Shown in pieces: positions 23,556-32,801 of a stretch of DNA of 64,000 bases; the stretch's first letter is position 1, and each line of letters begins with the position of its first letter. The notes under the pieces were generated by a model. It saw nothing but the letters and a program-made list of their open reading frames with translations, was not told the DNA's origin and did not search any database. The position numbers and the translations under genes are program-made. Source of the stretch: Lepidodermella squamata (Eukaryota; Animalia; Gastrotricha); the NCBI GenBank assembly GCA_047495785.1, contig JBLDXI010000033.1:1550001-1614000 (forward strand), read 5' to 3'.

Positions 23556-24791
23556 CTAACGTGCAAGCATTAGCGAGAAATAAACAGTGTCACTTATAAC
23601 AGCCGTTGAGATTATTAGAACAGCTAAGAAGATGTCAACAATTCGAATGCGAGAAATTTTGAAAACCCCGCAAGATTTAATGGCCCATTCATCCTTGGCA
23701 ACAGCACATGATACGAGAGTGTACAACGTCACTGCAACACCGAGCAAAGTTTTAGTCACAACAAGATTGACAATGTAAACAGTTTCAGACGTCTTCGGAA
23801 TGCTCGCGAAAACCATCGATAGCAAAACACTTGACGCAAGAACGACGGTAATGCTAAATGTCGGACGATCGGGGGCCCTAGGCGGTAGAATTAAGGTGGC
23901 GACTTGCAAAATAAAGATGGAAAAAATTGGAATAAATATGTTGTACAAAAAATAATTATATTTTCGTTTGAATGTCATGGTGAATGACAAGCGTCCCTTC
24001 ACGCTTTTCTCACCGTAAGGATTTTCGTTCTTCGATGTGGTGTAGCTTGACGTTAACAAGGTGTTGTCGAACTCCCATACCTCGGTATCTCCGATGAATT
24101 CGTCGCCTAATTCCAGAGATGACTGATCAATCGAGAAAGCCGAAATGGTGAAGTTAACCAACGAGGCATCCTCGCCGGTTTGCAGAATGATCGAGCAGGT
24201 CAGCTGGTCGAATGGAAATTTAGCGAAAGAAAACGATGTACAAGACGTGTCTATTCGGCCTTCCATCCACCAGAATGCAGCGGGCCAGAATGGTGACACC
24301 TTTACACCGCCTATCATCAAGCTGAGGAAGTCGAGTGAATTCGTATATGCATTCGTGTGCTGGAACCTTGGAAACCACGTGTTGCTCCTTGCGAGAAATT
24401 GAAAGCCTTTTAAGTGATTATTAGGGCAGTTGGTTCCATCTATCAATGGGTCCACCGAAGTTAAAGCCGAGCATACAAGCTTTGCATCACAAGGCAAATC
24501 CCAATCAACGTGATTTTTGACGTAGAGGGATAAGCGTTGTTGGATGTCGTCGATTTCGACAAATCTGATAAGCCGCATGCGAATATCCACATGGATTGGT
24601 GAATGATCATCCTCATCGTCTTCTCCAGGTTTTGGCCTGAGATATGCCAATTCGTAGGCGAGATTTGAAGACAGTGCTCTCGGGCAGGATTCATAGAACA
24701 ATTGTTCAACATCCGCTGGTTCTCTTAGCGTTTCAATGTTGCCTCCAGCCATGCGAGTCAAAATTAGAAAGTAAAAAAGTGTTTTAAACAT
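23556..24791 (-). CDS. Divergent Cys-loop channel subunit D (intronless, 411 aa)
   Basis: Single ORF: signal, extracellular domain, Cys-loop CTSFSFAKFPFDQLTC, M1-M4, M2 PDRPTFSITVVLA. Confidence 0.92.
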   Translation of the reverse strand: MFKTLFYFLILTRMAGGNIETLREPADVEQLFYESCPRALSSNLAYELAYLRPKPGEDDEDDHSPIHVDIRMRLIRFVEIDDIQQRLSLYVKNHVDWDLPCDAKLVCSALTSVDPLIDGTNCPNNHLKGFQFLARSNTWFPRFQHTNAYTNSLDFLSLMIGGVKVSPFWPAAFWWMEGRIDTSCTSFSFAKFPFDQLTCSIILQTGEDASLVNFTISAFSIDQSSLELGDEFIGDTEVWEFDNTLLTSSYTTSKNENPYGEKSVKGRLSFTMTFKRKYNYFLYNIFIPIFSIFILQVATLILPPRAPDRPTFSITVVLASSVLLSMVFASIPKTSETVYIVNLVVTKTLLGVAVTLYTLVSCAVAKDEWAIKSCGVFKISRIRIVDIFLAVLIISTAVISDTVYFSLMLAR

Positions 24792-25099
24792 TTTTCTAGA
24801 AAGAATTGTGAAATGTCTGTCTGTTTGCTTCAGTTTGTTTGCTAATTTACTGACTCTCGTTTTAATCGAGTGAGATAAATATTAGCTTCAGTGGGAGAGC
24901 AAACAATTTCAGCCGATCGCAGCCAGATCAAAGATAATGCAATGATGACTACAATGGCTCGGAATGGATGAGCACTATGTAATGTCACTGAGACCGCAGA
25001 TTAATATTCCTGTGCGAATTTTCCAATACTTATTGGAACAATTTGATGACGCATATCCATCGAATTTAAATGACTAAATCCAATAATTGAGAAATGCCA

Positions 25100-26000
25100 A
25101 TTTAAGATAATTTAAGGTCGTTCCAGGTCTTTTCGACCAAAGACCCAGCCTAAGTTCTCCGATCATCCCAGGACTATTTCAGTAACCAGTAATAGCCAGA
25201 ATTTACCAGCACGGTAGATGACGTAGTTGATAATTGGAACCAATTTCTTTACTTCTGCCATCAGATAAGAATGATCGTTATCTTCGCTAAAAAGGCGGTA
25301 AGACGCAGGGGCCAACAACTCGTCCTTTTCATTTCTGTATTTGACAACAAACGCAGCTTGGTCGTTCGACCAATGGAAAGCTTGAACCCTTAAGCCTGTA
25401 GTTTTCAGAATGTCACCAAACTTCGATAACCTCCATTATTGGCTTAATTGAATGTTCCCTTTTCATGAGGAGATCATGGAATAAATCGCCAACAACAAGG
25501 CTTGCACGCATATAGACCAGACAAGCTCATCTGACAATCTGCCAGCATCATTTGTGTTTGAAGTTGACGGTTCAGCCCTAAATTTGAGCATTTCTAATTT
25601 CGTCTAACTTTTTGCGAATTCGGCTTCTTTATGATCCATACGTTGTGGTTTTCATAAGTTTCGTTGGCTGATTTTAACAGGCAGGTCGCCACTTCTGCGC
25701 AAAGCTGGTGTTAGTTAGCTTTTTCAGTTTCAAGCTTTCTCTTGGTCGAGCGACCAAGCCACGCCAAATAGTACGATCTCGGAAATAGTTTTATTCAGTT
25801 TTTCCAACTCGCGTGACAAAGCTCTATATAAAAATAAGCAGATAGCGACAGTGCTAATACATGGCCTGAAACTGGAGTGATATTCATGATATTCATTGCC
25901 CATGAAGCTTTTGGCAGTCATATATTTTTCAAGAGGATGACAGTTTTTCAATATTTGCGATTTGAAAGTCTGGACCGGCTTTATTTGCCGATGTTCGACC
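25100..26000 (-). pseudogene. Degraded DNA-transposon transposase, Sola2-like motifs
   Basis: Frameshifted minus-strand pieces: GD/(F)SENY .. VQAFHWSNDQA ..VKY.. SEDNDHS .. VKKLVPIINYVIY. These recall the DFxENY..QxxHWxxxQ..SD..HD pattern (recalled, not searched). Many stops. Confidence 0.45.
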
Positions 26001-26431
26001 ATTAACTCGAATAACTACTTGGATTTCATCAAACTACCCAGACCTATAATATCGCGAAACTAACCGCTGATCTTATTTTGATTATAAAAGGCTTTTTATT
26101 ATTTCCTATGGCCGTGTTGTATGTATCTCCGTGCCTTCCATAATAATATCAGTCAAATTGATATATGCAGGCCGCATTGATACAAATACAGTAAAATGCT
26201 GAACAAACGGAATAAAGCATGAATTCAATTCGATTTGCAATAAACCTGTGCCATGGCGGCAAAAAATCAAAGAACCATACATTTTCATTAGACACTTCCA
26301 GGGTGAAAAATTTGTTAGAAAAAATTAAATTTAGGAAACCTATGAAAACGATTGGCGACATGGGCCATTTACAGACGACGATCCACTGCAATAGCGGCTT
26401 ACATTGGTGGCAGCGGTGCGATGCGAGAGAC

Positions 26432-26856
26432 ATCCCACCGCTGCCATCAATGTAAGCTGTCTTACGTTAATACTGTAAATACCTAGATTGTTAAATGTGA
26501 AGTAGAGTGAAGGACTAATAAAACGATTTTCGTTTCGTTTCGTTAACACAATAGGACCGAGTTCTCCTCGAAAGATGCCAGCTTTATTTTCCTCTACTTT
26601 CTTCAGTTACCGAAAAAGCGTGAATCCCTGTTCCCACGACCTCGAACTGCTTGAAGCCCAAGTTTCCGTGCAGCGTCGGTAAAGCGCACTGACCTGCACT
26701 CATGCAGCGCACCGATATTCCCGGTGACGCACTTGGCGCTGTTGAGGCGCGTCATGCTAAGTGACCGTCTCCAGTGTAAAATGCTTTCCGCACATCTGGG
26801 ACCAATAAGCTACGGCTAGTACTGCGCGCGCTACCTCTCCGTTTACGTGGGTTACA
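26432..26856 (-). mobile_element. LTR retrotransposon 5' LTR (26856-26451) plus tRNA-Leu primer-binding site
   Basis: The 406-bp segment starts TGTAA and ends TTACA, with an internal AATAAA. It is followed by TTGATGGCAGCGGTGGGAT, complementary to the tRNA-Leu 3' end ATCCCACCGCTGCCACCA. Confidence 0.72.
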
Positions 26857-26859
26857 AAA

Positions 26860-26960
26860 CTTACAAAATATTATGAAAAGCGAGTCCGGCGCTGTAGGCA
26901 CAAGTCTCAAGATGGCACTCTTCGAAAAAGAGAGGCAAAAGCAGAAGTCGAGTGGGTCAT
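26860..26960 (-). pseudogene. Fragment paralogous to the end of the IgGFc-binding exon at about 35355-35440
   Basis: gcgagtccggcgctgtaggca-aagtctca is shared with 35371-35400. It translates ETCAYSAGLAF versus ETYAYSAGLAF and keeps the same gtaagt donor. Confidence 0.7.
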
Positions 26961-27761
26961 CCTTTGGTTGTCGGTAACTCATCCTAGCTCAGTCACTTGC
27001 TTCAATTTCGCTGGAATCGGAAGAGGTTTGAAGGTCCAGACAATAAGATTCCAAACTTGAGATCGAACTTGATTGAAGCTTCTTCCAACCATTGGGCTCT
27101 TTTCAACCAGGTGAAGTATGATTTTTACTCATTTTCACATGTTAGAATATGTTGAACGAACTATTTTTCATATCCGCAGCTGAAATCCCTTCCAAGTACC
27201 AATTTCTCACTCAAAAATTACTTACCTATATGCCACAATTTATCACTCAAAGTTCGCTTCATATGCGATGCTAATAATTGATAATTAGCGACATTATTGG
27301 TAGATGATGGATTGAGTTTTGTTGGGCTCATCCTGTTATAAGGCAATCACTGTCGGGTCATAAAACTGACCCTGTTGCTTTGTTTCTTGCCGGTTTTATT
27401 TTTCACTTAAATATACAGTCATGAGAGCTTGAGAAGAATTGGCGAATGATGGGGCCTAAGTATCCTGTAGATCCGGATAGCGGTAATGAAAATGTGACAT
27501 GGTGACTCAAAGCCACTTTTTGTATGGCCTGAGCGTAAAATGAGTTTCATGAGATAAAAAATGAAGCGCCTCAACAACAAAAACAAATAATGAAGATATA
27601 ATGAGATAACTTTACAAGGGAAAATTTACAAGGGATACGATCGGGGAGGATGGGAAGATGGAAAGAGGTTTACTTTTCATTATTGTCAACGATCAATGAA
27701 ATGTGTATGCTATTTCTTTCCATCACATCCTACATATGTATACAGGATTGAAATTATAGCT

Positions 27762-29000
27762 TCAACTTGCTAGCATTTGTGAGAAATAAACAGTGTCACT
27801 TATAACAGCCGTCGAGATTATCAAAGCCGCTACGAAGATATCAATAATTCGAATGCGAGAAATTTTGCAAAAACCGAACGATTTAATGGCCCAGTCATCC
27901 TTAGCAACAGCACATGATACAAGGGTGTACAACGTCACTGCAACACCGAGCAAAGTTTTAGTCACAACAAGATTGACAATGTAAACAGTTTCAGACGTCT
28001 TCGGAATGCTCGCGAAAACCATCGAAAGCAAAACACTTGACGCAAGAACGACGGTAATGCTAAATGTCGGACGGTCGGGGGCCCTAGGCGGCAGAATTAA
28101 GGAGGCGACTTGCAGAACAAAGATAGAAAAAGTCGGTATGAATATATTGTATAGAAAATAATTATATTTTCGTTTAAAAGTCATGGTGAATGACAAGCGT
28201 CCTTTCTCAGATGTCTCGCCATGTGGACTTTCGAATTCCGATTTATTGTAGTTTGATCTCAGTGAAGTGTTATCGAACTCCCATACCTCGGTATCTCCGA
28301 TGAATTCGTCGCCCAAAAGCAGAGATGACTGATCAAGCGAGAAAGCCGAAATGCTGAATTCAACCAACGAGGCATCCTCGCCGGTTTGCAGAATGATCGA
28401 GCAGGTCAGCTGGTCGAATGGAAATTTAGCGAAAGAAAACGATGTACAAGCTGTGTCTATTCGGCCTTCCATCCACCAGAATGCAGCGGGCCAGAATGGC
28501 GTCACCTTTACTCCGCCTATCATCAAGCTGAGGAAGTCAAGTGAATTCGTATAAGCATTTGTGTGTTGGAACCTTGGAAACCACGTGTTGTTCCTGGCGT
28601 TAAATTGAAAACCTCTCAAGTCTTTAGGGCATTTCACACCCTCTATCAGTTGGTCTGCAGAGGCTAATGCCGAGCATAGAAGCTTTGCATCGCAAGGAAA
28701 ATCCCAAATAACGTGAGTTTTCAAGTAAAGGGACAGGCGTTGTTGTATGTCGTCGATTTCGACAAATCTGATTAGCCGCATGCGAATATTCACCTCGATT
28801 GGTGAGTACTTATCATCGTCTTCTCCAGGTTTTGGCCTGAGATATGCCGATTCGTAAGCGAGATTTGAAGACAGTGCTCTCGGGCAGGATTCGTAGAACA
28901 ATTGTTCAACATCCGCTGGTTCTCTCAGTGAATCAAAGGAATCAAAGGTGCCCTCAGCCACGCGAGTCAAAATTAGAACGTAAACGAGTGATTTAAACAT
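27762..29000 (-). CDS. Divergent Cys-loop channel subunit E (intronless)
   Basis: ORF from MFKSLVY; close paralogue of D and F. Confidence 0.92.
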   Translation of the reverse strand: MFKSLVYVLILTRVAEGTFDSFDSLREPADVEQLFYESCPRALSSNLAYESAYLRPKPGEDDDKYSPIEVNIRMRLIRFVEIDDIQQRLSLYLKTHVIWDFPCDAKLLCSALASADQLIEGVKCPKDLRGFQFNARNNTWFPRFQHTNAYTNSLDFLSLMIGGVKVTPFWPAAFWWMEGRIDTACTSFSFAKFPFDQLTCSIILQTGEDASLVEFSISAFSLDQSSLLLGDEFIGDTEVWEFDNTSLRSNYNKSEFESPHGETSEKGRLSFTMTFKRKYNYFLYNIFIPTFSIFVLQVASLILPPRAPDRPTFSITVVLASSVLLSMVFASIPKTSETVYIVNLVVTKTLLGVAVTLYTLVSCAVAKDDWAIKSFGFCKISRIRIIDIFVAALIISTAVISDTVYFSQMLAS

Positions 29001-29879
29001 TTTTTTCTGAATTTCTCTTGGTAAGCTTTTCTGCTGTTTTCGTAACTCACGCTTTGATTTAGATATTACCTTCAGTGGAAGGGTAAACAAGCCGATGACG
29101 CAGGCGAATCAAAGATAATGCAATAATGAATTCGGAAGTTTGACTAGAGGATTGAAATTTATGAGACGGAGTTTGCAATATCACCGAAGACTGATTCCGG
29201 TGCCAATGTTATCTATTGAATTGTGTTTATTGCGAGAAAATCCGACGGGCTGACGCATTTCGTATCTATCAAAATTAAAATGACAATAAAGGCAATAGAG
29301 ATTTTGTAACAATTTCTTTTACATAGGAAAAGTTTACATCATTTTACATCAATTTAAGGCTTAGGCTATATGGAAAATTGAAAATTATTTGACTTAATTT
29401 ATCGTTTATCGCTCGCCAGTATCTGAAGGACTTGGTTATCGATACTTCTCACAAGCGAGTAAGAACAAAATCAAAAACCATAAAAAGACACTAACGTGAG
29501 GGAAATCGAGCTTTTATAGATTTTCAAGGTATTTTAATTTCAAAAATTTGTAGCGATCAAAATATGGCGTCCCCAGATCTAAATCAGGTGTCAAAATGAT
29601 CGTCTCGACCTGGCGAACAAAATGGCTGCAAAACATCCTTCAATTTCACCTTGTTTTCAGGTGTTAAGTACCTGGAAAGAGAAATGGGATTTTCTCAATT
29701 TTATTTCTCGGCCACCTTTCAACCAGTTCTGAAAAGATTTCTGGACCAAATTTGGTACCAAAAAATCCGCCGTCTTTCAAAGTTTAAATGACTCGACGCT
29801 CGGCTTCGGCCCCAGCAATCGAAGCGAGAAATCGAGCGATAAGCGCAATCGATCGAATCGTAATTAGTTCAGTTTTTTC

Positions 29880-30860
29880 CCCCAGGACAATGAGTTAATC
29901 CCCTACCATCTGGTGCCCATAGCGTTCCACCCTCTTAGCTGCGAGTGAGTACTCTACCCACATAGACATAATATCAGTATAGACTGTCTACTCACGAGAA
30001 AAGGGGTGTAACGCCATGAGCGCCATATGGTCTTTTTTTTATTTACCAAGAATGTTCGGCCACATCACATTTTTTAATATTTAAAGACTTAGGCCTAGAG
30101 CGTTCATCTTCTGTTTGAAGAAGGGAATGTCGAATTTCGGAGGGAAGCAGTTAATTTGTAAGTTGTTCCAGGTTGTAACAATATTTTGTAATCTTGAGAA
30201 TATTTCGGTGTCGCGGCCAGTTGCTCTAGGATGATGCGCGTTGACAGGCGAGCGAAGTTTGACTTGAAAACGATGTTGTTTCGGCGATTCTCGAGATTTT
30301 GTGCGTCGCTTGGGTGTGAGCTGGAAGCGGTCGCGGATTTGTTTTGTGCCCCTTCTGCCGACGATGATCTTGTATAGGTAGCACATTACGCCGACGAATC
30401 TCCTTTCGCCCAGAGACATTAGCTTGACCCCTGTTTGGCGAGTGAAGCGGTCTTGGACGGCTTGAAGGCGGTCTAGTGTTCTTTTCGACGCGTGGGCGTA
30501 GCCAATCATGCCGGACTCAAGTATTGGCAGTTGGCAGGGCGTGCGTTTTGAATGCGTTTCCCAGCTGCCATAGCGCTAGGAATGGGCGGAGGCGAAGCAG
30601 CTGGGTCACAATCGTGTTAGCTCGCGCTACCAGTTTCGTCACACATGACTCCATAGAGAGTGCCGGGTCGAGAGTGAGGCCGAGTAGGATAGTCGGGTCG
30701 CAAGTCGGTTGTTGTTCCTCAGGCGTTGCCGGTTCCCCTACTTTCCGTCTGCCACTTCGAAATCTCGGGTAGCTGAAGGTTGTGTCGACCCTCTTCTTGA
30801 GGTCCATAGAGACACGATTGGCACCCGCCCAGGCTGTGGCGCGACGTCTGCTGATTCATC
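29880..30860 (-). mobile_element. 5'-truncated non-LTR retrotransposon (CR1/L2/Jockey-group RT C-terminus) with 3' UTR
   Basis: LLGLTLDPAL..KLVARAN..LLRLRPFL..AFKTHALP/ILESGMIGY..LDRLQAVQDRF..SLGERR..LYKII..WNNL. A 7-bp duplication (ctgccaa) causes the frameshift near 30520. Confidence 0.75.
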
Positions 30861-31571
30861 AATTTCTTGGAGGCCAAAAGTCGCAAATATTCGATTCTTT
30901 TCTTCTTGGTTCCAGGGCCTTTTTTATTTTTTTGAAAAATAAGTTGATGGTTCCAAATAGTTTATATGTATTACGGCAAACACAACTGTTATTTTTTTGT
31001 ATTTTTCGATGGAAAAATTGATTTCCTAATTTTTGATAAGTTCCTTAATTATTAAAATTAAGGAAAAAATATCACTGTGTATTCCTCTCGAAGAGTTCTA
31101 TCTGATGACATTTGGTTCTTTGCATTCTGACCATTTATCGCGAAGAAATCGATGGTTGAAATTTTGAATTCTTCTTTGGATTCTTCGAATTCGCCTTCAG
31201 CGGAATTTATTGGCAACCCTGTAAACGTTGGGCGATCGGGAACAAAAAATCCGTCATTTTATTTTTAGAGGGCTGTGATCGAAAAAATAATAAGTTTGTT
31301 ATAAATTTATTGTTTGCTTATAACGCTAATATAAATCACTCGCGCCTGGTTTTAAGTGCAGCAAAAAAATAGTGTCATTTTTTGCTGCTGTTGCGTAGTT
31401 ATAATCGTTCTAATATTGTTAATCTTTTAAGTTATTCACGTCATTTGGGTCATTTCCTTCATTCATAAATTTTGACATTACGCGCACAGGTGAAACATTT
31501 CCATTCTGGATAACGGATGGCTTCGGGACGATGTTCCAACTTCCTATTTATACAGGATTGAAATTATAGCT

Positions 31572-32801
31572 TCAACTTGCTAGCATTTGTGAGAAATAAA
31601 CAGTGTCACTTATAACAGCCGTCGAGATTATCAAAGCCGCTACGAAGATATCAATAATTCGAATGCGAGAAATTTTGCAAAAACCGAACGATTTAATGGC
31701 CCAGTCATCCTTAGCAACAGCACATGATACAAGGGTGTACAACGTCACTGCAACACCGAGCAAAGTTTTAGTCACAACAAGATTGACAATGTAAACAGTT
31801 TCAGACGTCTTCGGAATGCTCGCGAAAACCATCGAAAGCAAAACACTTGACGCAAGAACGACGGTAATGCTAAATGTCGGACGGTCGGGGGCCCTAGGCG
31901 GCAGAATTAAGGAGGCGACTTGCAGAACAAAGATAGAAAAAGTCGGTATAAATATATTGTATAGAAAATAATTATATTTTCGTTTGAATGTCATAGTGAA
32001 TGACAAGCGTCCTTTCATAGAAGTCTCGCCATGTGGACTTTCGAATTCCGATGTATTGTAGTTTGATGTCAGTGAAGTGTTGTCGAACTCCCATACCTCG
32101 GTATCTCCGATGAATTCGTCGCCTAATTGCAGAGATGACTGATCAATTGAGAAAGCCGAAATGGTGAAGTTAACCAACGAGGCATCCTCGCCGGTTTGCA
32201 GAATGATCGAGCAGGTCAACTGGTCGAATGGAAATTTAGCGAAAGAAAACGATGTACAAGACGTGTCTATTCGGCCTTCCATCCACCAGAATGCAGCGGG
32301 CCAGAATGGTGACACCTTTACTCCGCCTATCATCAAGCTGAGGAAGTCAAGTGAATTCGTATAAGCATTTGTGTGTTGGAACCTTGGAAACCACGTGTTG
32401 TTCCTGGCGTTGAATTGAAAGCCGTTTAAATCTTCAGGGCATTCAACTTTTTCCGTCAATTGGTCTGCTGAATCTAAAGCTGAGCAGAGCAGCTTTGGAT
32501 CGCAAGGAAAATCCCAAATAACGTGAGTTTTCAAGTAAAGGGACAGGCGTTGTTGTATGTCGTCGATTTCGACAAATCTGATTAGCCGCATGCGAATATT
32601 CACCTCGATTGGTGAGTACTTATCATCGTCTTCTCCAGGTTTTGGCCTGAGATATGCCGATTCGTAAGCGAGATTTGAAGACAGTGCTCTCGGGCAGGTT
32701 TCATAGAACAATTGTTCAACATCCGCTGGTTCTCTCAGTGAATCAAAGGTGCCCTCAGCCACTCGTGTTGAAACTAAAACGTAAAGAAGTGTTTCGAACA
32801 T
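31572..32801 (-). CDS. Divergent Cys-loop channel subunit F (intronless)
   Basis: ORF from MFETLLY; TM half nearly identical to E at DNA level. Confidence 0.92.
   Translation of the reverse strand: MFETLLYVLVSTRVAEGTFDSLREPADVEQLFYETCPRALSSNLAYESAYLRPKPGEDDDKYSPIEVNIRMRLIRFVEIDDIQQRLSLYLKTHVIWDFPCDPKLLCSALDSADQLTEKVECPEDLNGFQFNARNNTWFPRFQHTNAYTNSLDFLSLMIGGVKVSPFWPAAFWWMEGRIDTSCTSFSFAKFPFDQLTCSIILQTGEDASLVNFTISAFSIDQSSLQLGDEFIGDTEVWEFDNTSLTSNYNTSEFESPHGETSMKGRLSFTMTFKRKYNYFLYNIFIPTFSIFVLQVASLILPPRAPDRPTFSITVVLASSVLLSMVFASIPKTSETVYIVNLVVTKTLLGVAVTLYTLVSCAVAKDDWAIKSFGFCKISRIRIIDIFVAALIISTAVISDTVYFSQMLAS

Noticed and set aside
26395-26460. Pre-miRNA-like hairpin
   Set aside because: Both arms are explained as LTR end plus tRNA-Leu PBS.
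23556-32801. Bacterial (GLIC/ELIC-like) horizontal transfer, suggested by intronless genes and the short M3-M4 loop
   Set aside because: They retain the Cys-loop disulfide and nAChR-like M2-M3 PxTS, and paralogues have spliceosomal introns; an animal origin is more parsimonious.
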